Source: the human T2T-CHM13v2.0 reference genome, Homo sapiens. Taken from it: a DNA stretch of 64,000 nucleotides. The stretch is from NCBI GenBank assembly GCA_009914755.4, contig CP068257.2, forward strand, positions 8,864,001 to 8,928,000, in the 5' to 3' direction. The notes under the pieces are model-generated. The model did not search any database and was not told the DNA's origin. It saw nothing but the letters and a program-made list of their open reading frames with translations. Positions 1 through 17,300 of the stretch are shown here, in pieces. Position 1 is the first letter of the stretch. Every line of letters starts with the position of its first letter. The translations under genes were made by a program, and so were the position numbers.

Positions 1-3000
1 TTCACATAAAAAAGAGACAGAAGCATTCTCTGAAACTTCTTTGTGATGTGTCCATTCAACTCAGAGAGTTGAACCTTACTTTTGATAGAGTAGTTTTGAA
101 ACACTCTTTTTGTAGAATCTGCATGGGAATATTTGGAGTGCTTTTAAGTCTGAGGTAGAAAAAAATATCTTCATATAAAATCTACACAAAAGCATTCTCA
201 GAAACTTCTTTGTGATGTGTGCACTCAAGTCACAGTGTTGAACATCTCTTTTGATAGAGTAGCTTTGAAACACTCTTTTTGTACAATCTGAATGTGGACA
301 TTTGGGGAGCTTTGAGGCCTGTGGTAGAAAAGGAAATATCTTCACATAAAAACAACACAGAAGTATTCTGAGGAACTGCTTTTTGATGTGTGCATTCAAC
401 TCACAGAGTTGAACCTTTCTTTGATAGAGCAGTTTTGAAACACTCTTTTTGTAGAATCTGCAAGTGGACATTTGGAGCGCTTTAAGGTCTGTGTCGGAAA
501 ACGCAATATATTCACATAAAAACTAGACAGAAACATTCTCAGAAACTTCTTGGTGACGTGTGCATTCAACTCACAGAGTTGAACCTTTCTTTTGATAGAG
601 CAGTTTTGGAGCACGCTTTTTGTAGAATCTGCAAGTGGACATTTGGAGTGCTTTGAGGCCTGTGGTGGAAAAGGAAATATCTTCACATAAAAACTAGGCA
701 GAAGCATTCTCAGAAACTTCTTTGTGATGTGTCCATTCAACTCACAGAGTTGAAACTTTTATTTGATAGAGCAGTTTTTAAAAACTCTTATTGAAGAATC
801 CGCAAGTGGATATTTGGAGCGCTATGAGGCCTATGATGGAAAAAAAATTATCCTCACATGAAAACCAGACAGAAGCATTCTCAGAAACTTTTTTGTGTTG
901 TGTGTATTCAACTCACACAGTTAAACATTTCTTTTGGTAGAAGAGGTTTGAAACACTCTTTTTGTAGAAGGTGGAAGTGGATATTAGGAGCGCTTTGAGG
1001 ACTATATTGGAAAAGGAAATATCTTCACAAAAAACCAGACAGAAGCATTCTCAGAAACCTCTTTGTGATGTGTGTATACAACTCACAGAGTTGAACCTTT
1101 CTTTTCATTGAGCAGTTTTCAAATACTCTTTTTGTAGAAACTGCAAGTGGATATTTGGATAGTTTGAAGCCTATGGTGGAAAAGGAAATATCCTCACAAA
1201 AAAAAACAGACAGAAGGATTCTCAGAAAATTCCTTGTGTTGTTTGTATTCAACCCACAGAGTTTAAACTTTTCTTTGATTGGGCAGTTTTGAAACACTCT
1301 TTTTCTAGAATCTGTAGGTGGATATTTGGAGTGCTTCGATGACTACGGGAGAAGAGGAAATGTCTTCACATAAAAACTAGACAGAAGCATTCTCAGAAAC
1401 TTCCTTGTGACGTGTGCATTAAATAACAGTGTTGAACCATTGTTTAGAAGAGCATTTTGGAAACACTTCTTTTTTTTAGAAAATGCAAGTGGATATTTGG
1501 AGCGCTTTGTGGCCTATGGTGGAAAAGAAAATATCTTCACATAAAAACTAGACAGAAGTATTCTCAGCAACTTCTTTGTGATGAGTTCATTCAATTCAGA
1601 TAGTTGAACATTTCTTTTGATAGAGCAGTTTTGAAACAAACTTTCTGTAGAATCTGCAAGTGGCTATTTGGAACACACTGAAGCCTATGGTGGAAAAGGA
1701 AATATCTTCACATAAAAGCTAGACAGAAGCATTCTCAGAAACTTCTATATGATGTATGCATTCAACTCACAGAGTTGAACCTTTCTTTGATATAGCAGTT
1801 TTGAAACACTATTTTTGTAGAATCTGCAATTGGATATTTGGAGCGCTTTGATGCCTATGGTGGAAAAGGAAATATCCACACATAAAATCTAGACAGCAGC
1901 ATTCTCAGAAACTTGTTTGTGTTGTGTGCATTCAACTCACAGAATTGAAACTTTTCTTTGATTGAGCAGTTTTGAAAAAGTCTTTTTGTAGAATCTGCAA
2001 GTTGATATTTGGAGCAGTTTGAGGCCTATGGTGTAAAAGGAAATATCTTCACATAAAAACTAGACAGAAGCATTCTCAGAAACTTCTTTGTCATGTGTGA
2101 ATTCAACTCACAGAGTTGAACCTTTCTTTCGTGGAGCAGTTTTGAAACACTCTTCTTGTAGAATCTGCAGGTAGATATTTGGAGCGCTTTGAGGCTTATG
2201 GTGGAAAAGGAAATATCTTCACATAAAAACTAGACAGAAGCATTCTCAGAAACTTCTTTGTGATAAGTGCATTCAACTCACAGAGTTGAACCTTTCTGTT
2301 GATAGAGCAGTTTTAAAACACTCTTTTTCTGGATTGGGAAAGTGGATATTTGGAGCACTTTGAGGCCTATAGTGGAAAAGGAAACACCTTCACAAAATAA
2401 CTAGAGCAGAAGCATTCTCAGAAAATTCTTTGTGATTTGTGCATTCAACTCAGAGTTAAACCTTTCTTTGATAGAGCAGTTTTGAAACACTCTTTTTGTA
2501 GAATCTGCAATTGGATATTTAGAGCTCTTTGATGCCTATGGTGGGAAAGGAAATATCCGCATATAAAAAGTAGACAGCAGCATTCTCAGAACCTTGTTTG
2601 TGTTGTGTGCATTCAACTCACAGAGTTGAACTTTTCCTTTGATTGAGCAGTTTTGAAAAAGTCTTTTTGTAGAATCTACAAGTGGATATTTGGAGCAGTT
2701 TGAGGTCTATGGTGTAAAAGGAAATATCTTCACATGAAAACTAGACAGAAGCATTCTCAGAAACTTCTTTGTGATGAGTTCATTCAATTCACATAGTTGA
2801 ACATTTCTTTTGATAGAGCAGTTTTGAAACACTCTTTCTGTAGAATCTACAAGTGGATATTTGGAGCACATTGAAGCCTATGATGGAAAAGGAAATATCT
2901 TCACATACAAGCTAGACAGAAGCATTCTCAGAAACTTCTTTGTGTTGTGTGCATTCAACTCACAAAGTTGAACTTTTCCTATGATTGAGCAGTTTTGAAA

Positions 3001-6000
3001 CACTCTTTCTGAAGAATCTGCAAGTGGATATTTGGAGTGCTTTGAGGTCTATGGTGGAAAAGCAAACACCTTCACAAAAAAAACTAGAGCAGAAGCATTC
3101 TCAGAAACTTCTTTGTGATGTGTGCATTCAACTCACAGAGTTGAACCTTTCTTTGATAGAGCAGTTTTGAAACACTCTTTTTGTAGAATCTGCAATTGGA
3201 TATTTGGAGCTCTTTGATGCCTATGGTGGAAAAGGAAATATCCGCACATAAAAACTAGACAGCAGCATTCTCAGAAACTTGTTTGTGTTGTGTGCATTCA
3301 TCTCACAGAGTTGAAACTTTCCTTTGATTGAGCAGTTTTGAAAAAGTCCTTTTGCAGAATCTGCAAGTGGATATTTGGAGGCTTTGAGGCCTATGGTGTA
3401 AAAGGAAATATCTTCACATAGAAACTAGACAGAAGCATTCTCTGAAACTTCTTTGTGATGTGTGCATTCAACTCACAGAGTTGAACCTTTCTTTTGTAGA
3501 GCAGTTTTGAAACACTCTTTTTGTAGAATCTGCAATTGGATATTTGGAGCTCTTTGATGCCTATGGTGGGAAAGGAAATATCCGCACATAAAAAGTAGAT
3601 AGCAGCATTCTCAGAAACTTGTTTGTGTTGTGTGCATTCAACTCACAGAGTTGAACCTTTCCTTTGATTGAGCAGTTTTGAAAAAGTCTTTTTGTAGAAT
3701 CTACAAGTGGATATTTGAAGCACATTGAAGCCTATGATGGAAAAGGAAATATCTTCACATACAAACTAGACAGAAGCATTCTCAGAAACTTCTTTGTGAT
3801 AAGTGCATTCAACTCACAGAGATAAACCTTTCTGTTGATAGAGCAGTTTTAAAACACTCTTTTTCTGGAATCGGAAAGTGGATATTTGGAGTGCTTTGAG
3901 GCCTATAGTGGAAAAGGAAACACCTTCACAAAATAACAAGAGCAGAAGCATTCTCAGAAACTTCTTTGTGATTTGTGCATTCAACTCACAGAGTTGAACC
4001 TTTCTTTGATAGAGCAGTTTTGAAACACTCTTTTTGTAGAATCTGCAATTGGATATTTGGAGCTCTTTGATGCCTATGGTGGGAAAGGAAATATCCGCAC
4101 ATAAAAAGTAGATAGCAGCATTCTCAGAAACTTGTTTGTGTTGTGTGCATTCAACTCACAGAGTTGAACCTTTCCTTTGATTGAGCAGTTTTGAAAAAGT
4201 CTTTTTGTAGAATCTACAAGTGGATATTTGAAGCACATTGAAGCCTATGATGGAAAAGGAAATATCTTCACATACAAACTAGACAGAAGCATTCTCAGAA
4301 ACTTCTTTGTGATGAGTGCATTCAACTCACAGAGTTGGACCTTTCTGTTGATAGAGCAGTTTTAAAACACTCTGTTTCTGGAATCCGAAAGTGGATATTT
4401 GGAGTGCTTTGAGGCCTATGTTGGAAAAGGAAATATCTTCACATAAAAACTAGACAGAAGCATTCTCAGAAACTTCTTTGTGCTAGGTGCATTCAACTCA
4501 CATAGTTGAACCTTTCTATTGATAGAGCAGTTTTGAAACACTCTTTTTGTAGTATCTGCCAGTGATTATTTGGAGTGCTTTGAGGCCTACGGTGGAAATG
4601 GAAATATCTTCAAATAAAAACTAGGCAGAAGCATTGTCAGAAACTTATTTGTGTTGTGTGCATTCAACTCACAGAGTTGTACTTTTCCTTTGATTTAGCA
4701 GTTTTGAAAAAGTCTTTTTGTAGTATCTGCAAGTGGATATTTGGAGCACTTTGAGGCCTATGGTGGAAAGGAAAAACCTTCACAAAAAAAACTGGAGCAG
4801 CAGCATTCTTAGAAACTCCTTTGTGATGTGTGCATTCAACTCACACTATTGAAACTTTCTTTAGATAGATCAGTTTTGAAACACACTTTTTGTTGAATCT
4901 GCAATTGGATATTTGCAGCGCTTTGAGGCCTATGGTTGAAAAGCAAATATCCTCACGTAAAAACTAGACAGAAGCATTCTCAGAGACTTGTTTGTGTTGT
5001 GTGAATTCAACGCACAGAGTTGAACCATTCCTTTGATTGAGCAGTTTTGAAACACTCTTTTTGAACAATCTGCCAGTGGATATTTGATGCGCTTTGATGT
5101 CTATGGTGTAATAGGAACTATCTTTACATAAAAACTAGACAGATGCATTCTCAGAATCTTTCTTGTCATATGTGCATTCAACTCGCAGTGTTGAACCTTT
5201 GTTTTGAAGAGCAGTTTTGAAACACTTTTTTTTTAGGATCTGCAGGTGGATATTTGGAGTGCTTTGTGGCCTATGGAGGAAAACAAAATATCTTCACATA
5301 AAAAGTCGACAGAAACATTCTCAGAAACTACTTTGTGATGAGTGCATTCTATTCAAAGAGTTGAACGTTTCTTTTTATAGAGCAATTTTGAAACACTCTT
5401 TTCGTAGATTCTGCAAATGGATTCTGGAGCGATTTGAGGCCTATGTTGGAAAAGTAAATATCTTCACATAAAAACTTGACTGAAGCATTCTCAGAAACAT
5501 CTTTGTGTTGTGTGCATTCAACTCACCGAGTTGAATATTTCCTTTGATTGAGTAGTTTTGAAACACTCTTTTTGTAGAATCTGTAAGTGGATATTTGGAG
5601 CGATTTGAGGCCTATGGTGGAAAAGATAATATCTTGACATAAAAACTAGACAGGAGCATTGTCAGAAACTTCTTTTTGATGTGAGCATTCACATCACAGA
5701 GTTGAAGATTTTTTTTTTGGATAGAGTAGTTTTGACACACTCTTTTTCTAGAATCTGAATGTGGATATTTGGAGCGTTTTGAGGCCTATGGTGAAAAAGG
5801 CAATATCTTCACATAAAAATTAGGAGCATTCTCAGAAACTTCTTTGTGATCTGTGCATTCAACTCACAGAGCTGGTACTTTCTGTTCATAGATCAGTTTT
5901 GAAACACTCTTTTTGTAGAATCTGCAAGTGGATATTTGGTGGGTTTGAGGCCTTTGGCGGAAAAGGAAATATCTTCACATAAAAACTGGACAGATGCATT

Positions 6001-7278
6001 CTCAGAAACTTCTTGGTGATGAGTCCATTCAACTCAGAGAGTTGAACCTTCCTTTTGATAGAGCAGTTTTGAAACACTCTTTTTTTAGAATCTGCAAGTG
6101 CATATTTGGAGCGCTTTGAGGCCTACGGTGGTAAAGGAAATATCTTCACATAAAAACTAGAGAGAAGCATTCTCCGAAACTTCTTTGTGATGAGTGAATT
6201 CAACGCACAGAGCTGAACCTTTCTTTTGATAGAGCAGTTTTGAAACACTCTTTTTGTAGGATCTGCAAGTAGATATTTGGAGTGCTCTGAGGCCTATGGT
6301 GGAAAAGGAAATATCATCATATAAAAACCAGACAGAAGAATTCTCAGAAACTTCTTTGTGTTGTGTGTATTCAACTCACAGAGTTGAAATTTTCCTTTGA
6401 TTGAGCAGTTTTGAAACACTCTTTTTGTAGAATCTGCAAGTGGATATTTGGAGTGCTTTGAGGCCTATGGTGGAAAAGGAAACACCTTCCCATAAAAAGT
6501 AGAGCAGAAACATTCTTAGAAACTTCTTTCTGATGTGTTCATTCATCTCACAAAGATGAACCTTTGTTTTGTTAGAGCAGTTTTGAAACACTCTTTTTGT
6601 GGAATCTGCAAGTGGATATTTGGAGCGCTTTGAGGCCTATGGTGGGAAAGGAAATATCCTCACATAAAAATTAGACAGAAGCATTCTCAGAAACTTGTTT
6701 GTGTTGTGTGCATTCAGCTTACAGAGTTGAACCTTTCCTTTGATTGAGCAATTTTGAAACAGTCTTTTTGTAGTATCTACAAGTGAATATTTGGAGCACT
6801 TTGAGGCCTATGGTGGAAAAGGAAATATCTTCACATAAAAACTAGACAGAAGCATACCCAGAAACTTCTTCTGATGAGTGCGTTCTACTCACAGTGTTGA
6901 ACCTTTCTTTGAAAGATGAGTTTTGAAACACTCTTTCTGTGGAAACTGCAAGTGGATATTTTTAGCGTTTTGAGGCCTATGGTGGAAAAGGAAATATCCT
7001 CACATAAAAACTAGACCGAAGTATTGTCAGAAACTTCTTTGTGATATGTGCATTCAACTCACAGTGTTGAACATTTTTTTGATAGAGCAGTTTTGAAACA
7101 CTCTTTTTCTAGAAACTGAATGTGGATATTTGGAGTGCTTTGAGGCCTATGGTGGAAAAGGAAATATCCTCACATAAAAACTAGACAGAAGCATTCTCAG
7201 AAACTTTTTGGTAGTGTGCGCATTCAACTCACAGAGTTGAAATTTTCTGTTGATAGAGTAGTTTTGAAACACTCTTTT
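1..7278 (+). repeat. Alpha satellite, divergent monomeric array (~42 monomers of ~171 bp), consensus orientation
   Basis: The 171-bp periodicity is visible directly. Each monomer carries the alpha-satellite consensus blocks CATTCTCAGAAACTTCTTTGTGATG...TTCAACTCACAGAGTTGAAC...GATAGAGCAGTTTTGAAACACTCTTTTTGTAGAATCTGCAAGTGGATATTTGGAGCGCTTTGAGGCCTATGGTGGAAAAGGAAATATCTTCACATAAAAACTAGACAGAAG. Every monomer has the A-type CCTATGGTGGAAAAGG (pJalpha) box and none has a CENP-B box. There is no regular HOR, only local 4-7-monomer duplications (e.g. 2390-2930 vs 3060-3600 vs 3890-4290; 1540-1700 vs 2760-2890). Confidence 0.9.
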
Positions 7279-7511
7279 TCCTTTTTTTATTTTCATTTAT
7301 TTATTATTATTGTACTTCAAGTTTTAGGGTACATGTGAACAATGTGCAGGTTAGTTACATATGTATACATGTGACATGCTGGTGCGCTGCAACCACTAAC
7401 TCGTCATCTAACATTAGTTATATCTCGCAATGCTATCCCTCCCCCCTCCCCCCACCCAAACAGGCCCTAGTGTGTGATGTTCCCCTTCCTGTGTCCATGT
7501 GTTCTCATTGT
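7279..7511 (-). other. L1 3'UTR plus short A-rich tail
   Basis: The sequence after the ORF2 stop matches the L1 3'UTR terminus in reverse complement (...GGGAGGGATAGCATTGCGAGATATAACTAATG...CACATGTACCCTAAAACTTGAAG...). It ends in an interrupted poly(A) tail (T-rich on the plus strand at 7279-7310) that abuts alpha satellite at 7278. Confidence 0.7.
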
Positions 7512-10321
<2,810 letters not shown>

Positions 10322-10372
10322 TTAGTTATTTCTTGCCTTCTGCTAGCTTTTGAATGTGTTTGCTCTTGCTTA

Positions 10373-11370
<998 letters not shown>

Positions 11371-11483
11371 TTAGTTGATGCAGTTTCTTCCTAGTCTCGA
11401 TGGTCTTTACATTTTGGCATGATTTTGCAGCAGCTGGTACTGGTTGTTCCTTTCCATGTTTAGCGTTTCATTCAGGAGCTCTT

Positions 11484-12426
11484 TTAGGGCAGGCCTGGTG
11501 TGACAAAATCTCTCAGCTTTTGCTTGTATGTAAAGTATTTTATTTCTCCTTCACTTATGAAGCTTAGTTTGGCTGGATATGAAATTCTGGGTTGAAAATT
11601 CTTTTCTTTAAGAAAGTTGAATATTGGCCCCCACTCTCTTCTGGTTTCTAGGGTTTCTGACAAGATATCCGCTGTTAGTCTGATGGACTTCCCTTTGAGG
11701 GTAACCCGACCTTTCTTTCTGGCTGCCCTTAACATTTTTTCCTTCATTTCCACTTTGGTGAATCTGACAATTATGTGTCTTGGAGTTGCTCTTCTCGAGG
11801 TGTATCTTTGTGGCGTTCTCTGTATTTCCTGAATCTGAACTTTGGCCTGCCTTGTTAGATTGGGGAAGTTCTCCTGGATAATATCCTGCAGAGTGTTTTC
11901 CAACTTGATTCCATTCTCCCCGTCACTTTCAGGTACACCAATCAGACGTAGATTTGGTCTTTTCACATAGTCCCATATTTATTGGAGGCTTTGCTCATTT
12001 CTTTTTATTCTTTTTTTCTCTAAACTTCCCTTCTCTCTTCATTTCATTCATTTCATCTTCCATTGCTGATACCGTTTCTTCCAGTTGATCGCATCAGCTC
12101 CTGAGGCTTCTGCATTCTTCACGTAGTTCTCGAGCCTTGGTTTTCAGCTCCATCAGCTCCTTTAAGCACTTCTCTTTATTGGTTATTCTAGTTATACATT
12201 CTTCTAAATTTTTTTCAATGTTTTCAACTTCTTTGCCTTTGGTTTGAATGTCCTCCCATAGCTCAGAGTAATTTGATCGTCTGAAGCCTTCTTCTCTCAG
12301 CTCGTCAAAGTCGTTCTCCGTCCAGCTTTGTTCCATTGCTGGTGAGGAACTGCGTTCCTCTGGAGGAGGAGAGGCGCTCTGCTTTTTAGAGTTTCCAGTT
12401 TTTCTGTTCTGTTTTTTCCCCATCAT
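11484..12426 (-). pseudogene. L1 ORF1 (ORF1p, RNA-binding chaperone) remnant, disrupted
   Basis: ORF 12094..12426 (110 aa) matches the ORF1p N-terminus and coiled-coil (MMGKKQNRKTGNSKKQSASPPP...KELMELKTKARELREECRSLRS). ORF 11484..11966 (160 aa) matches the RRM/CTD (MKRPNLRLIGVPESDGENG...RISYPAKLSFISEGEIKYFT). The two pieces are separated by a frameshift or stop in 11967-12093, so no intact ORF1 is present. Confidence 0.85.
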
Positions 12427-13322
12427 TATGGTTTTATCTACTTTTGGTCTTTGACGATGGTGATGTACAGATGGGTTTTTGGTGTGGATGTCCTTTCTGT
12501 TTGTTAGTTTTCCTTCTAACAGACAGGACCCTCAGCTGCAGGACTGTTGGAGTACCCTGCCGTGTGAGGTGTCAGTGTGCCCCTGCTGGGGGGTGCCTCC
12601 CAGTTAGGCTGCTCGGGGGTCAGGGCTCAGGGACCCACTTGAGGAGGTAGTCTGCCCATTCTCAGATCTCCAGCTGTGTACTGGGAGAACCACTGCTCTC
12701 TTCAAAGCTGTCAGACAGGGACATATGAGTCTGCAGAGGTTACTGCTGTCTTTTTGTTTGTCTGTGCCCTGCCCCCAGAGGTGGAGCCTACAGAGGCAGG
12801 CAGGCCTCCTTGAGCTGTGGTGGGCTCCACCCAGTTCGAGCTTCCCGGCTGCTTTGTTTACCTAAGCAAGCCTGGGCAATGGCGGGCGCCCCTCCCCCAG
12901 CCTCGCTGCCACCTTGCAGTTTGATCTCAGACTGCTGTGCTAGCAATCAGTGAGACTCCGTGGGCGTAGGACCCTCCAAACCAGCTGCGGGATATAATCT
13001 CGTGGTGCGCCATTTTTTAAGTCCATCGGAAAAGTGCAGTATTCGGGTGGAAGTGACCCGATTTTCCAGGTGCCGTCCGTCACCCCTATCTTTGACTAGG
13101 AAAGGGAATTTCCTGACCCCTTGTGCTTTCCGAGTGAGGCAATGCCTCACCCTGCTTCGGCTCACGCATGGTGCGTGCACCCACTGACCTGCGCCCACTG
13201 TCTGGCATTCCCTAGTGAGATGAACCTGGTACCTCAGATGGAAATGCAGAAATCCCCCGTCTTCTGTGTCACTCATGCTGGGAGCTGTAGACAGGAGCTG
13301 TTACTATTCGGCCATCTTGGCT
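12427..13322 (-). promoter_or_regulatory. L1 5'UTR, internal Pol II promoter region (~895 bp, GC/CpG-rich), including a YY1-box-like CAAGATGGCCG at the extreme 5' end
   Basis: It lies between the ORF1 start codon (reverse complement of 12424-12426) and the element's 5' end. The reverse complement of 13290-13322 contains AAGATGGCCG, the YY1 core of the L1 promoter. The region is markedly more GC- and CpG-rich than the flanking satellite. Confidence 0.6.
12879..12953 (+). other. Possible L1 antisense ORF0-like start (24 codons, truncated by TGA)
   Basis: ATG at 12879 sits in a strong Kozak context (gcaATGg) on the strand antisense to the L1 5'UTR, at about L1 nucleotide 444, which is where the primate-specific ORF0 starts in L1PA elements. 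Translation gives MAGAPPPASLPPCSLISDCCASNQ and then a stop. The same frame continues as ORF 12960..13187. I cannot confirm ORF0 homology from memory, so confidence is low. Confidence 0.25.
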
Positions 13323-13349
13323 CTCTGTCTAGTTTTTATGTGAAGATAT

Positions 13350-13366
13350 TCCCGTTTAAAACGAAG
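13350..13366 (-). promoter_or_regulatory. CENP-B box (core-conserved)
   Basis: TCCCGTTTAAAACGAAG on the plus strand is the reverse complement of a CENP-B box (nTTCGnnnnAnnCGGGn). The essential TTCG...A..CGGG positions are retained. Confidence 0.55.
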
Positions 13367-14369
13367 GCCTCAAAGCAGTCCAAATATCCACTTGCAGATT
13401 CTATGAAAAGAAAGTTTCAAAACTGCTCTATGAAAAGGTGTGTTCAACTCTGTGAGTTGAATGCAAGTATCAGAAAGTTTCTGAGAATGCTTCTGTCTAA
13501 TGTTTATGTGAAGACATTTACTTCCACCATAGGCCTCAAATCTCTCCAAATGACCACTTGTAGCTTCTGCAAAATGAGTGTGTCAAAACTGATCTATCAA
13601 AAGAAAGGTTCAACTCTCTGAGTTGAATACACACATCACAAAGAAGTTTCTGAGAATGCTTCGGTCTAGTTTTTATGTGAACATATTCCCGTTTACAACA
13701 AAGGCCTCAAAGCAGTCCAAATATCCACTTGCAAATTCTACGAAAACAGTATTTCAAAACTACTCTATGAAAAGGTATCTTCATCTCTGTGAGTTGAATG
13801 CAAACAACACGTAGAAGTTTCTGAGAATGCTTCTGTCAAGTTTTTTTCTGAAGATATTTCAGTTTCCACCATAGGCCTCAAAATGTTCCCAATGTCCACT
13901 TGCAGATTCTACAAAAAGAATTTTTCAAAGCTGCTGAATCAAGAGAAAGGTTCAACTCTATGTGTTGAATGCACACATCACAAAGAAGTTTCTGAGAATG
14001 TTTCTGTCTAGTTTTTATGTGAAGATATTCCCGTTTCCAATGAAGGCCTCAAAGTAGTCCAAATATCCACTTGTAGTATTAAGAAAAGAGTGTTTAAAAA
14101 CTGGTCTATGAAAAGGTATGTTAAATTCTGTGAGTTGAATACAAACATCACAAAGAAGTTTCTGAGAACGTTTCTGCCTGGATTTTATGTGAAGATATTC
14201 CCTTTTCTACCATAGGCCTCGAAGCTCTCCAAATGTCCACTTGCAGATTCTACAAAAAGAATGTTTCAAAACAGCTGTATCAAAAGAAAGTTTCAATTCT
14301 GTGAGTTGAATGCACACATCACAAAGAACTTTCTGATAATGCTTCTGTCTAGTGTTTATGTGAAGATAA

Positions 14370-14386
14370 TCCCGTTTCCAACGAAG
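14370..14386 (-). promoter_or_regulatory. CENP-B box (full consensus)
   Basis: TCCCGTTTCCAACGAAG is the reverse complement of CTTCGTTGGAAACGGGA, the canonical 17-bp CENP-B box. Confidence 0.7.
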
Positions 14387-17300
14387 GCCTCAAAGCAATC
14401 TAACTGTCCACACGCAGATTCTACAAAAAGAGTGTTTCAAAACTGCTCTATGAAAAGGTATGTTCAAATCTGTGAGTTTAATGCACACATCACAAAGAAG
14501 TTTCTGAGAATTCTTCTGTCTAATTTTTGTGTGAAGATATTCCCGTTTCCAATGAAGGCCTCAAAGCAGTCCAAATATCCACTTGCAGATACTAAGTAAA
14601 TAGTGTTTCAAAACTGCTCTATGAAAAGGTATGTTCAAATCCGTGAGTTGAATGCAAACATCACAAAGAAGTTTCTGAGAATGCTTCTGTGTTGTTTTTC
14701 TGTGAATATATTTCCTTTCCCACCATAGGCCTCAAAGCTCTCTAAGTGTTCACTTGCAGATTCTACGAAAAGAGTGTTTCAAAAATGCTCTATGAAAAAA
14801 TATATTCAACTCTGTGAGGTAAATGCAAACATCACAAAGAAGTTTCTGAGAATGCTTCTATTTTTTATCTGAAGATATTTCATTTTCTACCATAGGCCTC
14901 AAAGCTCTCCAAATGTCCACTTGCGGATTCTACAAAAACAGTGTTTCAAATCTGCTCTATGAAGAGAAAGGTTAAACTCTGTGAGTTGAATGCACACGTC
15001 ACAAAGAAGTTTCTGAGAATCCTTCTGTTTAGTTTGTATGTGTTGGTATTCCCGTTTTCAACGAAGGCCCCAAAGCAGTCCAAATATCCATTTGCACAAT
15101 CAACGTAAAGAGTGTTTCAAAACTGCTCTATGAAAAGGGATCTTCAACTCTGGGAGTTGAATGAAAACATCACAAAGCAGTTTCTTAGTATGCTACTGTG
15201 TGGTTTTTATGTGAAGATATTTCCTTTTTCACCATAGGCCTCAAAGTTTCCAAATGTCCACTTGTAGATACTACAAAAAGAGTGCTTCTGATCTGCTCTA
15301 TCAAAAGAAAGGTTCAATTCTGTTAGTTGAGTGCACACATCACAAAGAAGTTTCTGAGAATCCTTCTGTCTAGTTTTTACTTGAAGATATTCCCGTTTCC
15401 AGCGATGGCCTCAAAACAGTCCAAATATACACTTGCAGATTCATGTAAAAAAGTGTTTCAAAACAGCTCTAAGAAAAGGTATGTTCAAATATGAGAGTTG
15501 AATGCAAACACAACAAAGAAGTTTCTGAGAATGCTTCTGTCTAATTTTTAGGTGAAGATATTTCCTTTCCACCATTGGCCTCTGCGCTCTCCTAATGTCC
15601 ACTTGTAGATACTGCAAAGTGAGTGTTTCAAAACTGCTTTATCAAAAAAAAGTTTGACTCTGTGAGTTGAATGCACACATCACAAAGAAGTTTCTGAGAA
15701 TGCTTCTTTCTATTTTTTATGTGTAGATATTGATGTTTCCAACGAAGGCCTCAAAGCAGTACAAATATCCACTTGCAGATTCTATGAAAAGAGTTTTTCA
15801 AAAGTGCTATATGAAAAGGTATGTTCAACTCTGTGAGTTGAAAGCAAACATCACAAAGAAGTTTCTGAGAATGCTTCTGTCTAGTTCATATGAGAAGATA
15901 TTTCCTTTTCCATCATAGGCCTTAAAGGTCTCCAAATTTCCACTTTCAGATTCTACGAAAATAGTGTTTCAAAACTGCTCTATGAAAAGCTACGTTCAAC
16001 TATGTGATTTGAATGCACACATGACAAAGAAGTTTCTGAGAATGCTTCTGTCTAGTTTTTATGTGAAGTTACTCCTGTTTCCAAAGAAGGCCTCAAAGCA
16101 CTCCAAATATCCACATGCACAAACTACGAAAAGAGTGCTTCAAAACTGCTCAAAGAAAACATGTGTTCAAATCGGTGAGTTGAATGAAAACATCACAAAG
16201 AAGTTTCTCAGTATTCTTCTGTCTAATTTTTTTGTGAAGATATTTCCTTTCCACCATAGGCCTCAATTCTCTCCAAATGTCCACTTGTAGATCCTGGAAA
16301 ATGAGTGTTTCAAAACTACTCTATCAAAAGAAAGGTTCAACTCTGTGAGTTGAATGCACACATCACAAAGCAGTTTCTGAGAATGCTTCTGTCTAGTTTT
16401 TCTGTGAAGATATTCCCGTTTTGCCTCACAGCAGTCCAAATATCCACTTGCAGATACTACGAAAAAAGTGTTTCAAAACTGCTCTATGAAAAGGTATGTT
16501 CAACTCTGTGAGTTGAATGCAAACATCAAAAAAATTTCTGAGAATGCTTCGGTCTACTTTTTATGTGAAGATATTTCATTTTGACCACAGGCCTCAAATC
16601 TCTCCAAATGTGCACTTACAGATTCTACAAATTGAGTGTTTCAAAACTGCTCTATCAAAGGAAAGGTTCAACTCTGTGAATTGAATGCACACATCACAAA
16701 GAAGTTTCTGAGCATGCTTCTGTGTAGTTTTTATGTGAAGATATTCCTGTTTCCAACAAAGGTTTCAAAGCAGTCCAAATATCCACTTGCAGATTCTGCT
16801 ATACGAGTGTTTCAAAACTGCTCTATGAGAAGGTATGTTCAAATCTGTGAGTTGAATGCAAACACCACAAAGAAGTTTCTGAGAATGCTTCTGTCTAGTT
16901 TTTATGTGAAGATATTGCCGTTTCCAATGAAGGCCTCAAATCAGTCCAAATATCCACTTGCAGAATCTACGTAGGGAGTGTTTCCAAAATGCTCTATGAA
17001 AAGGTATGTTCAACTCTGTGAGCTTAATGCAATCATCACAAACATGTTTCTGAGAATTCTTCTGTATGGTTTTTATGTGAAGATATTTCCTTTTCCATCA
17101 TAGGCCTCAAAGATCTCCAAATGTCCACTTGCAGATTCCACAAGAAGAGTGTTTTAAAACTGATGTATCTGAAGAAATTTTCAACTCTGTGAGTTGAATG
17201 CAGACATCACAAAGTAGTTTCTGAGAATCCTTGTGTCTAGTTTTTATATGAAAATATTTACTTTTCTAACATAGGTCCCAAATTTCTCCAAATATCCACT

